The notes below the pieces were generated by a model. The model was not told the DNA's origin and searched no databases. It was given only the letters and a program-made list of their open reading frames with translations. A stretch of DNA of 64,000 nucleotides, taken from the NCBI GenBank assembly GCA_951406725.2, contig OX597821.1, positions 113,894,001 through 113,958,000 of the forward strand. Direction: 5' to 3'. The translations under genes and the position numbers were made by a program. The DNA comes from Octopus vulgaris (taxonomy: Eukaryota). Below are positions 41,908 through 56,693 of this stretch, piece after piece. How positions within the stretch are numbered: the stretch's first letter is position 1; every line of letters begins with the position of its first letter.

Positions 41908-42281
41908 CATACATACATACATACATACATACATAGGGATAAGGGGTCTGTGGGGAAAACTCATTTAAATAAATGTGAAAAGGATGGGAACCACTGGTAC
42001 ATACTTTGTGTTTTTGCAACAAGTTTTTGTGGGCTTAAAAATGCTTTGGTGGCAATAAAATGAATTATTGTTGTTATTTGATATATTTCTTTGTTCAACT
42101 AAAATCATTTTCCAGATATATAAGTTTGCTTGTGTGTGACATATCTTTGTAGCGATGAACATATATCTAGTATTCTTGTTTAGATTACTAAATATAGAAG
42201 ACGGCAAAAGTTGTAACGACATGCACGGGGTTCGAACGCTGCGTCTACTGTAAGCCGGTTATGTGTACTAACCACTGTACT

Positions 42282-42657
42282 GGATGCGCAATGGCCCAGT
42301 GGTTAGGGCAGCAGACTCGCGGTCATAGGATCGCAGTTTCGATTCCCAAACCGGGCGTTGAGTGTTTATTGAGCGAAAACACCTAAAAGCTCCACGAGGC
42401 TCCGGCAAGGGATGGTGGTGATCCCTGCTGTACTCTTTCACTACAACTTTCTCTCACTCTTACTTCCTGTTTCTGTTGTACCTGTATTTCAAGGGGCCGG
42501 CCTTGTCACTCTCTGTGTCACGCTGAATATCCCCTAGGTTAAGGGTACACGTGTCTGTGGAGTGCTCAGCCACTTACACGTTAATTTCACGAGCAGGCTG
42601 TTCCGTTGATTCGGATCAACCGGAACCCTCGTCGTCGTAACCGACGGAGTGCTTCCA
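42282..42657 (+). mobile_element. tRNA(Arg)-like SINE
   Basis: TGGCCCAGTGG A box, CTCGCG anticodon-like loop, GTTTCGATTCC B box. Body shared with 12286-12645 (+) and 57240-57612 (-). Confidence 0.8.
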
Positions 42658-42789
42658 CTAGAACGACACACGATTTGAGCTGTTGAATTAAGGGGCCTAA
42701 CCTAAATGGCTCAAAATTATATTCCAGGTTTTTGTGAACAGGGATAGGTCTATATAAATGTATAAATGTCTTTCTGGTTTGTTTACAAA

Positions 42790-42853
<64 letters not shown>

Positions 42854-43532
42854 GTTATTGTTTATTTCCAGTCATTAACTTGTATTTCAATATTTTTTGG
42901 GACTAAAAATACTGCTGTGAAGAACCAAACTATTTACAAGATAAAAAGCCATTTTGAAGGTTGAATACTTTGGGGAATTTACGCAACATAAAACTCTCAA
43001 TGCAACCAGAATTACAAATTATGTTCTCTACTCAAAGTGTCTTTATTAATCGGGTTCATTTATTACACTGAATTGCTGAAGAAATGGTAAGTGTAAGGGG
43101 AAGATCCCTAAGAAATTCGTGTATTCAAAACTGAAGAATTAGCTTTGGAGTATTCGACCTCAGCATACTAGGAATGCCACATACATAATGCCATTCCTTG
43201 TCCTGTTGAAGAAAGGATAATTGCTTACTTTTCAATTTCTGAACGTAAAAACTAAATTCTTACCACAATCTGTTTTAACAATTAGAAAGTAAAGATAGTT
43301 CCTTTTTACAAAGAAGAACCTAAGTTCTTTCTGGATCTCACACTTGTTTTTGATATAGAATTCTATTTTTAGTTGCTCGAAATAGGATAAAAGATTCTTT
43401 TGAATCGTGTCTAGTTAACCTAATTCCGACCATAATTGGTGTCACACTTCTTTGTCGGCAGCATCAATATTTTCAGTATGTGTAAACTACGTTCTGAATA
43501 GTTAGCAATATTCCGGAATTTATTTTGGTACA

Positions 43533-43970
43533 TACGAAATCTGATCAATAAGTATCCGGACTGGTACCATAAAAACAAAACTGCGACACGTACCAAGTTG
43601 GCATTTAATCTCCTTCAAAGTAGGATGCCACACGCTTAATCCAGCGCTGTTTCCATTGATGGAAGCATTCCTGGAGCTCGTATCAGCAGTTGGCTCGTTG
43701 CATTCATTTTTATTTCCTCGACGTCCTGAAATCGTCTTCCTTTCAAGTTGAATCTGATTTTTGTAAAGAGGAAAAAGTTGCAAGGGGCGAGATCTGGGAA
43801 ATACGGTGGCTGTCGGGACCTGGGGAATGCTGTGCCCAACCAAAAACTGCTGCACAGGCTGCGCTGAATGGGCAGGTACGTTGTCAGCTTGGCAGACATG
43901 CATCTCATACCCAAATCTTCAGTGATAATGGACTGAACTGAACCGTAACTAATCTGCACATCCTCTGATA
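43533..43970 (-). mobile_element. Mariner (Tc1/mariner) transposase relic with one TIR
   Basis: ISYGSVQSIITEDLGMR.MSAK, DNVPAHSA and PPYFPDLAPCNFFLF..LKGRRF (mariner YSPDLAPxD motif), frameshifted and internally deleted. TACGAAATCTGATCAATAAGTATCCGGAC terminus. Confidence 0.85.
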
Positions 43971-44064
43971 CTGAAGCAAATGCAAACCTCTACATTACAA
44001 TCACTAAAAAACTTCCATCTCTACTAAAAAAAATCTCAGTTAACAAGTTACGTCACCTTAAAGC

Positions 44065-44480
44065 AAGGGTCACCAAACTCTTGTCCCACCGCCGCTCTGT
44101 ACTTTTTGTACATCATTGTTTGGAATAATGAAGAATGTGAAGTCAGCACATCGAACGAGGTTGACTGATGAACATTTGGAAGCAATTCTCTTATTTGGAT
44201 GCAGTAATTCCAAAGCAAATATTGATATCTTCAAAGTTAAACACCAGTTTCACAAACCTCAACAACCTTTTTTTTGGGGGGGGGGGCTATTTAGTTTGTG
44301 AGATTCGGATATGTGTACACTGGGTGTAATATAACTATCTTAATGCTAACATCACCTTCTTTGGTAAATAAAGATGTTAGTTTGTCTTTATTGTTTTGTG
44401 TATTCACTCTACTCTATTAAACAAAATGGTTATGCGGCCCGCGCTCGTCATTCTCTCAGGTATCTGGCCCGCCGTGAAAG
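44065..44480 (+). mobile_element. hAT (Charlie/SPIN/GTF2IRD2-like) transposon relic
   Basis: LFGIMKNVKSAHRTRLTDEHLEAIL resembles the hAT dimerisation-domain end. GGCCCGC subterminal motifs at ~44436 and ~44466. Confidence 0.65.
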
Positions 44481-44780
44481 TAAAAGAAAGAAATCAGGTT
44501 AGAATTCGCGTACTTTTCTGCAGATTTACCATTTCTCAACAAATCAACATTTTATTGTGATGTTTATTTTTGTTACAAATTAATTAATTCTCCATTCAAA
44601 AATTGCAGTCCTCGTTCAAGAATATCTTCATGCTTTAGCAATTTTCATGGCAAACTAATTCCTTTGAGAGAAATTCAAGCATCGACAGACCGACATGGAT
44701 ACAGTTCGAGAAAATGATTTTTTCAAATTGAAAATTGTGTTGTTTTATTCTTTACATACGAATAAATTTTAGATTCTAAT

Positions 44781-44870
<90 letters not shown>

Positions 44871-44887
44871 GTATATATATATATGTA

Positions 44888-44923
<36 letters not shown>

Positions 44924-45294
44924 TGTATGTATGCATGTATGTATGTATGCATGTATGTATGTATGCATGTATGTATGTATGTATGTATGTATGTATGTAT
45001 GTATGTATGTATGTATGTGTGTGTGTGTGTGTGTGCGCGTATATTTTCGTATACATTTGCTTGCTATCTTCCAAAGAATCTAGTGCTATTAGCTTAGATT
45101 TTCTTGGGGACGGGTAGATTAGAGCAGTCTCGAGAGTAACCGGCCGAAACTGTTAAGATGATCTGGTACTCGACTGGAGACTGAAAGCTCCGAATGACCC
45201 GTCCTTGTTTTCTTTTCTTTGTCTTGTTTTTGTATCGTCTAACTGTCCGGATGTCTTGTTGTCACCTGTTACGTTCTTGTTCCATGTTTTATTT

Positions 45295-45362
<68 letters not shown>

Positions 45363-45591
45363 GTAAGTTCACCTCTAGGGTGTCGGACACCCTAGAGTAT
45401 ACTAACAACGTACTATCCAATGTAACGCGTGATTTGGACCGACCCCAAGGTGCTAAATACTCATAGGGTTGGCTTTCTGTGTGTACTCTACCGGAATATT
45501 CTATTTGATAATCACCAACCACAGGTCAGAATCACAGAGATTATTCAACCCTACTTTTCAAGTGCGTGATTCTATTTGAATCCTTATTTCA

Positions 45592-45630
<39 letters not shown>

Positions 45631-45885
45631 TATATATATAGAGAGAGAGATGAGTTGAGTATAGAAATTCGGGGTGAGTACTTGATAATTATAAGCACCT
45701 GTGTATACCGTTTAGTGGTGTAGGTGGTGGAGTAAATTGATCAAAATAAAATAAAATAAAATAAAATAAAATAAAATAAATTGATCAAAATAAAATAAAA
45801 TAAAATTGATCAAAATAAAATTTTTATTTTATTTTATTTTTTTATTTTATTTTATTTTATTTTGATCAATTATATATATAGAGAG

Positions 45886-45972
<87 letters not shown>

Positions 45973-46146
45973 GTATATCTATCAAGGTGCAGGCGTGGCT
46001 GTGTGGTCAGAAGGTTGCTTGCCAACTACATGGTTCCTGGTTCAATCCCACTGCGTGACACCATAGGCGAGTGTCTTCTACAATAGTGTCTGGTCGTGCA
46101 AAGCCTTGTGAGTGAATTTGGTAGACGGAAACTGAAAGACGCCCGT

Positions 46147-46208
<62 letters not shown>

Positions 46209-46376
46209 ATATGTATATATATATGTATGTATATAAACATTTATGTGTGTGTTTATTTACGCTTATTAATGTTTTTTATGTAAAGTTATATGTAAGACCG
46301 ACTTAACGCTAAACTAATACATCTGTTGTTTACACACCCGTCTTTGTCTTTTGTTTTTTCGTAAATTCTCACTATA

Positions 46377-46429
<53 letters not shown>

Positions 46430-46658
46430 GAAGGCGGCGAGCTGGCAGAAACGTTAGCGCGCCGGACGAAATGCTTAGCGGTATTTCGTCTGTCGTTACG
46501 TTCTGAGTTCAAATTCCGCCGAGGTCGACTTTGCCTTTCATCCTTTCGGGGTCGATAAATAAAGTACCAGTTTCGCACTGGGGTCGATGTAATCGACTTA
46601 ATCCCTTTGTCTGTCCTTGTTTGTCCCCTCTATGTTTAGTCCCTTGAGGGCAGTAAAA

Positions 46659-46725
<67 letters not shown>

Positions 46726-48079
46726 CTGTGTGTAAATGCTTGTATATGTGTATGTTTGTGTTTCTCCGTCCTTCCCCACCGCTTCAGAATCGATGCTAGA
46801 TTGTTTACGACGTCTCTGCAATCTAGCAGTTTGGCAAAAGAGACTGACAGAATTATTACTAGACTTCAAATAAGTACTGGGTCGACTTGTTCGACAAAAC
46901 CTTTCAAGCCGGTGTCCCAGTTTGGCTATAGTCCAACGGTTGCAATAAATAAAAGATTATTATTACGTGGGTGTACTTGTTAGGCACCTTGTGATCGTGG
47001 GATGAAATTGAAGGAATTTCATGATGGAATTACAAAATACAGCAAAAGTGTATCTAATGGTGCATGTATGTTTAAACTAGCTCTCGTAACATTATCATGA
47101 TGCAATTATTATCTAAGCATTAAGATCTGGAATTCGAAATATACAGAAAATACAGAAAAATATCGAAATACTAAAAGCAAGGAAACTGTACGTATGAAAG
47201 TAAACAGAAATCTTCTAATGCTCAGTGGAAACATGCAACGTTAAAATTGCTGATAATAGTTTAATTAGGTGTGGGTTAAGGAAAACACACGAAGCTCATA
47301 GCCGCATCTTTTGGTATTCGCATGCTTTCATGTCGGTACTTACCGTAATATCTTAGCGACCCCGATAGATAAAATCTGCTTCAGTATGATTTGAATTCAT
47401 AATTGAATGCAGCAGATAAATTTAACGGGAATCTAGACGACAGAAGCAAGATATTTCAATCCTTCCATATTCTTATCCAGTGATAAAACACTATCTCACC
47501 GAAGATCCAGATTCTTACGTGAAGACTCCAGTTGTTAATATACAAGCCATGTTTAGACACTGTACTCTTAGATAGATGTTGCCTTATTAACTCAAAATAT
47601 CTAGTTTTGTGATAAAGTAATTTTATTATCATGATCATTGCAACTGCAGATATAGCTGATACTATAATTTTAAATTTTTCTTAATTATAAATTCTTCCTC
47701 ACATAATATACGCGGTGGGCTGGCAGGATCGTTAGCACGCCGGCCGAAATGTTTAGCAGTATTTTGTCTGCCGTTCTGAGTTCAAATTCCGCCGAGGTCG
47801 ACTTTGCCTTTCATCCTTTCGGAATCGGTTAAGTACCAGTTACGCACTGTGGTCGATGTAACCGATTTAATCTCTTGTCTCCTTTATGTTTAGCCGCCTG
47901 TGGGCAATAAATAAATAAATAAATATAGGTGCAAGCGTGGCAAGAAGCTTGCTTCCCAACCACATGGTTCCAAGTTCAGTCCCACTGTGGGACACTTTGA
48001 ACGTCTTCTACTATGACCATGGGCCGACCAAAGCCTTGTGAGTGGATTTGGCGGACGGATACTAAAGCCCATCGTATAT

Positions 48080-48114
<35 letters not shown>

Positions 48115-49741
48115 TCACCACCACTTTATAGCCAGTGTTGGTGTGTTTACATCCCCTAGCTTAGCGGTTCAACTAAAGAGACCAATAGAATAAGTACCAT
48201 GCTTAAAGTACTGGGATTGATTCATCCGACAAAATATTCTTCGAGGCGGTGCCCCAGCATGGCCGCATTCTGATGACTGAAACAAATAAAAAGGGTATCA
48301 ACTAGGTTTTCTTAACTAATCCGACACACGTAAACCTGTTCCATATTTCATTTACACATTTTCTCCTGAATTCATTCATTGTTGTTTAGCCCCAGGTAAG
48401 ACCTCGTCAAATAAACTTCTAATCAAAAGAACATTCCGGTAGAAATTGATTTGAAGAAGATATAGCTGTTACCTCTTGCAGATCAAACAACCTATTTATC
48501 TGTTTTGATATACTATGTGGCTCGTACAGGACTCACAACATTTTTTTTCTACATGAGCATCAACGCAGTCATTCTACCTGCTAGAATTAGCAGACAAATA
48601 CCCTCACATAACACAACACCATCTTAAATAAAGAAGGAAACATTGGCCCTCAGAAAAGCCTGATCTGTTACCCTCCGTCAGCACCTTTCAACGTGTCACC
48701 CGCTTCTTTTCCAAGACAAATCTTTCCTCCGTTAAACTTCCGGTTAATTATAAGTCTTTTTATACCAATAGCTTTCCCCCCTGAACTGCTGCTCACCGGA
48801 ACTCCTTACCATCATCTTGCTCTCCCCTGGTCTATAATATTCATTCTGTTAACCTTTATATGAATCGACACCTATTGACCTTCTAAGCTTCTTCTTTTCC
48901 TACTTCGTAGTCCTTTGCCCCACAATGTCCTGAAACCATTGGGATAAAGTCATACTAAAAAGTAAAACCAAATCGGATCCGGGGATAACAAATGCATTAA
49001 TAAAATAAAATAAGAAATTAGAACTGTAGGGGAGCGGTGTGTCGCCATATCTTATTCTCTAGATGTTTTAATGTTTTCACCAACTGCGTGTTCCATATGG
49101 GAGACTGGATTCCTCACAGACATTTTAACAATCATAATCTATTAGATTACGTACTTAGCATTAAATATTTTTTTGCAAGTATTAAAAGTAAACTGCAAAA
49201 ATAAACAAACTGTACATTAAAATAGCGCGGGGTGGGTGGTTACCAGTGATATGTTTGTTTGTTGTTGTAATACGGCGAGGTACATCCGGTTGAATGAATT
49301 AGAGTTAAAGCATGTTTATTCAGCAAGAAATATATACTTGTTGCTGATAAATGATCTTTAGCTTGACAGCTTCTGTTGATAAGTCTGTCAATGGGAATGT
49401 CCTATCCATTCATATTTCACTCTTGGCTTATACATATATATGCGCGCGAGCGCATGTGTGTGTAGACATACATATGTGTATGTATATATATATATATATA
49501 TCTTTTACTCTTGTAATTGTTTCAGTCATTTGCCTGCGGCCATGCTGCAGCACCGCCTTTAGTCGAGCAAGTCGACTCCAGGACTTACTCTTTGTAAGAC
49601 TAGTACTGATTCTTCGGTCTCCTTTGCCGAACCGCTAACGTACGGGGACGTAAACACACCACCATGAGTTATCAAGCGATGTTGGGGGAACAAACACAGA
49701 CGCAAACATACATACATACATACATACATACATACATACAC

Positions 49742-49796
<55 letters not shown>

Positions 49797-50454
49797 CATA
49801 TATATATACATATATACGACGGGCCTCCTTCAGTTTCCGTCTACCAAATCCACTCACAAGGCTTTGGTCAGCCCGAGGCTATAGTAGAAGACGCTTGCCC
49901 AAGGTGCCATGCAGTGGGAATGAACCCGGAACCATGTGGTTGGTAAGCAAGCTACTTACCACATAGCCATTCATATGTGTGTGTGTGTGCGCGCGCGCAC
50001 AAACGTCAATGATGCAGTTGGAATAATGCTGAAGTGAGAAGGGAAAAAACAAACGGAAAATTCTTGACGAGAACAATATTAAAGAACTAGTGTAAAAAAG
50101 AAGCAAGAAAATTTTAAAAAAAAGCAAGGACTTAGGATGGTAGATGTAGGGAAATTTAATCTACGTAACATGGTAGTTCACCTAATGTACATGTCACGTG
50201 ACAAGGCTCGAAGTTATATTTGAGAAGCAGACGATAGAAATTAGAGAATCTACTAGATGAATGTGAAAATAAGTAAGCTGTAGTAAATAATAGACGAGCA
50301 ACCAGGATTTGATTCGTGGATGAACGAAGCTATTTGAATGTAATTCGATACCTTCACTGAGAAGTGAAGATAATTCAACATCACAAAATATTTTAAAGAC
50401 ATATTTGTAGCACAAATCATAATTTTCCAAGGAAAAAGAACCCAATAAACAATT

Positions 50455-50618
50455 GTTTACATTATTTAGATTTGACAGATATTTGTCCTCATTTTGTTGT
50501 TAATACAACGTTTAGGGTGATATACCATCCAGCCTTCATCAGGTGTCTTGAGGAAATTTCGAAACTGGGTTCTCATTCCTAAGGTATTTTTCTATGTTGT
50601 TGTCGTCGTCGTCGTCGT

Positions 50619-50661
<43 letters not shown>

Positions 50662-51130
50662 ATCATTATTATTCAGGTCACTGCTTGGAATCGAACTCGG
50701 ATTCTTAGCGTGGACGAACATCGCAAAGCTGTGACACGAGGAGATATTGATAAATTGGGTATAGCTGATCATGTATGGAAAAATGGAGACCACCTCCTTC
50801 TGTGGGGTGAAGTTAAAATAACAGACAGAGAACACCACTTGAAAATACGAAAGCTAAAAGAAGCAGCACATATGCTCCTTAGCAGACCGAGTGCAGATAT
50901 GAGTAACATATAGGAACCGGTATTAATGAAGGATAGGAAAATATTAGATTTATAAGCCCTAAAATTCACTCCATAATTGTCCACGGGCATATAGCATAAA
51001 GGAAAATACTGACAGGACTTTGAAACCCCAAGATTCCGAGTTCGATTCTAGGCAGTGACCTGAATAATAATAATAATAACAACAGCAACAACAGCAACTG
51101 TAATAACAACAATATGGAAAAATATCTTAG
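50455..51130 (+). mobile_element. Second, heavily truncated copy of the same PLE family with inverted pLTR
   Basis: 50704-50953 encodes EHRKAVTRGDIDK...WGEVKI.DREHH.KIRKLKEAAH, closely matching the 9904-10371 ORF end. 50455-50708 is an inverted pLTR with a mutated hammerhead at 50502-50547. Confidence 0.85.
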
Positions 51131-51526
51131 TCATAAAGAGTAATGTAAATATATGCATGTACAGTGATATCTAACACTTTCGTATATCGAATATCGAAAT
51201 TGTCCTTCACAGCACAGTCAGATCGATAGTTCTGATACAGTAGAAGAGCAATCAGTAAATTTTCTGGCATGGTTAATGCTTGGTGAAGCTGGAATTAATT
51301 AAATAAGGGTCGCCTTGATTCAAATAAATGCTGTACACTGACATCTAACATGTCTATATACATTCGTACGTAGGGAGACCTTTCCCTGCAAAAATAACAA
51401 CAGGAGAAACTTCTCCGCACAGACCACATGTCTGAAAACATTCTGTGCTATGAATAACGTGATCGAGTCGTGAGACGCATGCGCTTCTGCGTTTTTATAC
51501 CCCAACAACCACTAATATCGGATTGT

Positions 51527-51831
51527 GGTGGCACATGGCCTAGTGGTTAGAGCAGCGGACTCGCAGTCGAGGGATCGCGGGTTCGAATCTCAGACCGGGC
51601 GATGTGTGTGTTTATGAGTGAAACACCTAAGCTCCACGCGGCTCCGGCAGAAGGTAATGGCGAACCTCTGCTAACTCTTTCGCCACAACTTTCTCCCACT
51701 CTTTCCTCCTGCATCTTGCAGCTCACCACGCGACAGACCGGCGTCCCGTCCAGGTGGGGAACCTATACGCCATGAAACCGGGAAACCGGCTCTTATGAGC
51801 CAGGCATGGCTCGAGAAGGAACAAACAAAAC
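51527..51831 (+). mobile_element. tRNA(Arg)-like SINE with (AAAC)n tail and TSD
   Basis: A box TGGCCTAGTGG, B box GGTTCGAATCT, 11-bp TSD AATATCGGATT (51514-51524, 51832-51842). Related copy at 59691-59935. Confidence 0.85.
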
Positions 51832-52606
51832 AATATCGGATTCGTCCTTCACAGCCCCATCGGGACGTCAGTCCTCTTCTATAAGAACGACAAACTGAAT
51901 TTTATAGCGTGCAAAAGGCTTGATCAAGCTGGAATTAATTAAATGAAGTCACATGAAGCAACGTTGGATAAAATCTATGCATGTAGAATGATATATAAAT
52001 AAAATATAAAACAAAGGTCTTATAAGAACGATAGTCAGCTATAAAGGAAACTACTGACAGGACTTTGAAACTGATGTTTCACTTGAATGAAAATTTTGTT
52101 GTTATTGCTGTATAGCAACAAGCATATCCAAATTCAGCAGACTTATGACCAAAGTTGCTCTAGCCGTGACCATCCCATCTTTTCTATTAGGACTGCTTAA
52201 TACACGATTACATCATCCGTTATCTTCTATTGCTTTTTTTTAAAATGGTCGAGCATAACTGCTAGCTGAGGAAGTCTAGCGATACAGTAGAAGCTCCCGA
52301 TTTGGCGAAAATAATTTTATAGGCATTAAAATTATTTGGTAACGTTAGGGGAAACAGGAAGTCGTTGTCTTTCTCAAGAGCTTTAGTTTCGTTATTCAAC
52401 TAAAATTACTTTAGCAGATATCTAGACTGGGCCACAGACTTGGGTCGCTGACAGTAAAACTTACTGTTTTATGACAATCCAAGCTCAAACCGGTCACATG
52501 TCAGCATAACTCTTATCTTATTCTCATCTTCTATGAGTATTTACACACGTATGTACACATACAAACATTCTTAAATATACACATTTATACATAAACACAT
52601 AGACAA

Positions 52607-52653
<47 letters not shown>

Positions 52654-53061
52654 TACATACACATACAGACACTTGCATACGTGCATTCACATACATACAC
52701 ACACATACACCCACTCACAGCCACACACTAATAAAAATACGTAATACTCCAGCCAACGTGGGGACCTCCGAGTGGCAACTCGAACTGCTGTACATTCGGT
52801 CACGCGCGCGCGCATAAAGAATACAATTTCACCATTTGTATAAGACATTTGTGTCTTATACCCACGCCGCACCTAGAAGCAACCTTGAGTCGGATGTATA
52901 CTTTAAATTGGATTTGGTACTTACGTATCTACGGTATTCTACCAGCATGATACTTTGAAGCCTGTTTTACTTCACTGTGAAACCTGTTTTATTGCACCTA
53001 GCCATTTCTGGCGTCCTACATGTTGATATGCCTAGATTCTAATAAATCCTATAATTAATCA

Positions 53062-53152
<91 letters not shown>

Positions 53153-53197
53153 GTATGTATGTATGTATGTATGTATGTATGTATGTATGTATGTATA

Positions 53198-53600
53198 GGC
53201 GCAGGAGTGACTGTGTGGTAAGTAGTTTGCTTACCAACCACATGGTTCCTGGTTCAGTCCCACTGCGTGGCACCTTGGGCAAGTGTCTTCTGCTATAGCC
53301 TCAGGCCAATCAAAGCCCTGTGAGTGGATTTGGTAGACAGAAACTGAAAGAAGCCAGTCCTATATATATATATATATATATATATATCTATATGTATGTG
53401 TGTGTATATGTTTGTGCGTCTGTTTTTGTCCCCTCCAGCATCGCTTGAGAATCGATGCTGATGTGTTTACATCCCCGTAACTTAGCGGTTTGGCAAAGGA
53501 CCCAATAGAATAAGCACTAGGCTTACAAAGAATAAATTCCGGGGTCAATTTACTCGACTAAAGGCGGTACTCCAGCTTGGCTGCAGTCAAGTGCCTGAAA
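53198..53600 (+). mobile_element. tRNA-derived SINE family with an internal microsatellite and a GGCGGTGC..CAGCATGGCC..CTGAAAC tail
   Basis: Colinear copies at ~39605-40010 (-), 45987-46960 (+), 47928-48292 (+), 49502-49968 (-), 55575-55893 (-) and 58216-58590 (-). Confidence 0.85.
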
Positions 53601-53640
<40 letters not shown>

Positions 53641-54000
53641 CACACATACATACATACATACATACATACATACATACATACATACATACATACATACATA
53701 CATACATACTCACATATACACACTGACGGGTACAGAGACGTGCACTTACTAACAAACACTAACAAAAACGTGATAATGTAGACAACATGGGAAACTCTGA
53801 GCAGCAAATTGATTTGCTAGAAATAGAAGCTGCCCAAAATGACAAGACACTACATCACTGAGGCGAGATGTTGTACAAAATATATAAAGAGCCATGCGTA
53901 GGAAAGACTGCCTCGGGTTAAACAAACAATGCCCTGTCATTGTGTGAAGATGCGTGGCTTAGCGGTTAGGGTATTCGGCTCACGGTTGTCAGCTGGGGAG

Positions 54001-54223
54001 CTGGCAGAGTCGATAGCACGCCGGGCGAAATGCGTAGCGGTATTTCGTCTGCCGCTACGTTTTGAGTTCAAATTCCGCCGAGGTCGACTTTGCCTTTCAT
54101 CCTTTCGGGGTCGATAAATTGAGTACCAGTTACGCACTGTGGTCGATGTAATCGACTTAAACCGTTTGTCTGTCCTTGTTTGTCCTCTTTATGTTTAGCT
54201 CCTTGTGGGTAGTAAAGAAATAA
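54001..54223 (+). mobile_element. Same SINE family nested inside an older tRNA-derived SINE
   Basis: 16-bp TSD GTTGTCAGCTGGGGAG at 53985-54000 and 54224-54239, splitting the host SINE between its A and B boxes. Confidence 0.85.
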
Positions 54224-55406
54224 GTTGTCAGCTGGGGAGTTCGATTCCCGACGGTTCGTTATATCTTCGAGCAATACGCTTTATTTCACGTTACTCGGAT
54301 ATAGTTTTTTGGGCGGGATATAAAATGTATGCGCAACCATAGATGTTAGCTACCTGCAGATGTCATCGTTTCTGCCAAAGTCCGTGAGAAGAAGAACATT
54401 TAGGGACAGCAACTTCGAAACTTGCAGCTTCTCTACCCAGGTTGTAAATTCATATTTATATATAACTATTTGAGCGCTTAACTACAGTAATATTGATTTC
54501 AAATTTTAGCACAAAGCCAGCAATTGTGTGGGAGGGAGTATGTTGCTTATTACGCCTATATTCCCCAGCTGGTGTCCCGTCCAGGTGGGGAATATACGAA
54601 CTACAGAAACCGGGAAACCTGCTCTATGATTCTACATGATTCAGGATGGATCTTTATCCCTTATTTTAGCTATGTGAATAAATGTTTAAATAACAATATA
54701 ATATTGTTTAGAAATTTTGAAAAAAGCTACAGCTTTTAAACATTGAAAGCATCCAGTTAACGTGAACTTTAAGAATATAATTTTTAACGGAACCATATAA
54801 ACATTCAGTACTTTTCTAAATCTCAGGTTATAACATTGCTTTTAGAATCGAAATTCCAGCGAAAGATCTTTCTTTCTTTGTTCGAAAGTGGCTCCTTCAT
54901 TGCAGAAAGAATTTAAATAACTAAAATAAAGGGTAAAATACATGCATACATATACATATGTAGCACAAGGTGTGTGTATGATTGTATATTATACAAAATT
55001 ATGCAAAATCTAACATTGCTTCTGTTAATCTTCCTAATGGTAAATTCCATCAAGCAAAATGTAATCTGTACATGAACATGAGACTTGCTCGTTTCAAGAG
55101 AAGCGACATCTAGAATTTATCACAGAACAAAAACTATGAATATCATATATACATTGGAATTATGTTGTTAGAGCCATCTGCAGAGCATTATACAACATAT
55201 TATTCTGCTTGAAAATATAAATCATTGTGTAGGCTTATATTTTACAACAGGAAGTTTGTTTGATATCTGATGCTAGTAGTATCTTACACCCCGAAGAAAG
55301 AATATATATGCTGGTAAACCCCTATATATCTAATGAGTGGAATTCCAAGAGCCATTATTATATCTCTGTGACTATTTATCTGACTCGTTCTTTTACACAC
55401 ACACAC

Positions 55407-55459
<53 letters not shown>

Positions 55460-56614
55460 CACACAAAAATTTAAAAACTATAGTGTGGAGAAATATGTAC
55501 AGTGTTGGATATGTATATATATATATAAATACACACACATTATATATATATATACATTCTTTTATTATTTTATTCTTTTTACCTGTTTCAGTCATTTGAC
55601 TGCGGCCACGCAGGAGCACCGCTTTAGTCGAACAAATTGACCCCAGAGCTTATTCTTTATAAGTCTAGTACTTATTCTATCGGTCTCTTTTTGACGAACT
55701 ACCAAGCTACGGGGATGTAAACACACTAACGTCGGTTGTCAAGTAATGGTGGGAGGACAAACATAGACACACACACAAACGCATATACGATAGGCTTCTT
55801 TCAGTTTTCGTCTCAAGGTACAACCAAGTGGCAGTAAAATCGGAACCATATGGTTGGTAAGCAAGCTATTTACCAAACAACCACTCCTGCACCTATATAT
55901 ATATATATCGTGGCACTCCGTCGGTTACGACGAGGAGGGTTCCAGTTGAACTGATCAACGGAATAGCCTGCTCGTGAAATTAAAGTGCAAGTGGCTGAGC
56001 ACTCCAAAGACACGTGTACCCTTAACGTAGCTCTCGTGAATTTTCAGAGTGACATAGAATGTTACAAGGGTAGCCCTTTGAAATACAGGTACAACTCATT
56101 TTTGCCAGATACAGAAATAGATAGAGAGCTCCATACATACATACATACATACATACATACATACATACATGTATATCTGTAAATATATTTATACATACAC
56201 TTATATATGTGGGCGGGGTGCGTTCACACATGCGTATACTTACACATATATTTATATACATATGCATATGTAAGCACTCACACACACACCCACAATACAC
56301 ACACACACTCGAACATACTCATGAACGAACATCATTAAACACGTGACTGGTTCTTTCTTCTTCCAATTCGAGTGGTAACAATTCATAAATTATTTCCGTT
56401 ATTCATTCATATAACTTAAAATATTTATCTGTATACTTTATCGCAATTCCCCCAGCTAAGCTCAAGATAAGCCATGCTTTTTGTATTACATGTAATGGTT
56501 TAGGCGTAGGTGAAGCTTGATCGATTGTTTAAAAACTTCGCTCGGCAGCCACAAGGTCCCGTGTTCGATCTCACCGCATGGTTTCTTGACCAAATGTTAT
56601 TTCCTGTCGCTTTT

Positions 56615-56693
<79 letters not shown>

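Noticed and set aside
42282-42355. Possible tRNA-Arg genes (also at 12286, 51527, 59691)
   Set aside because: No intact acceptor stem or terminator, and they continue into shared SINE bodies.
45373-45397. 12-bp-arm hairpin CTCTAGGGTGTC-G-GACACCCTAGAG as a terminator
   Set aside because: Intrinsic terminators are not meaningful here; likely part of a repeat relic.
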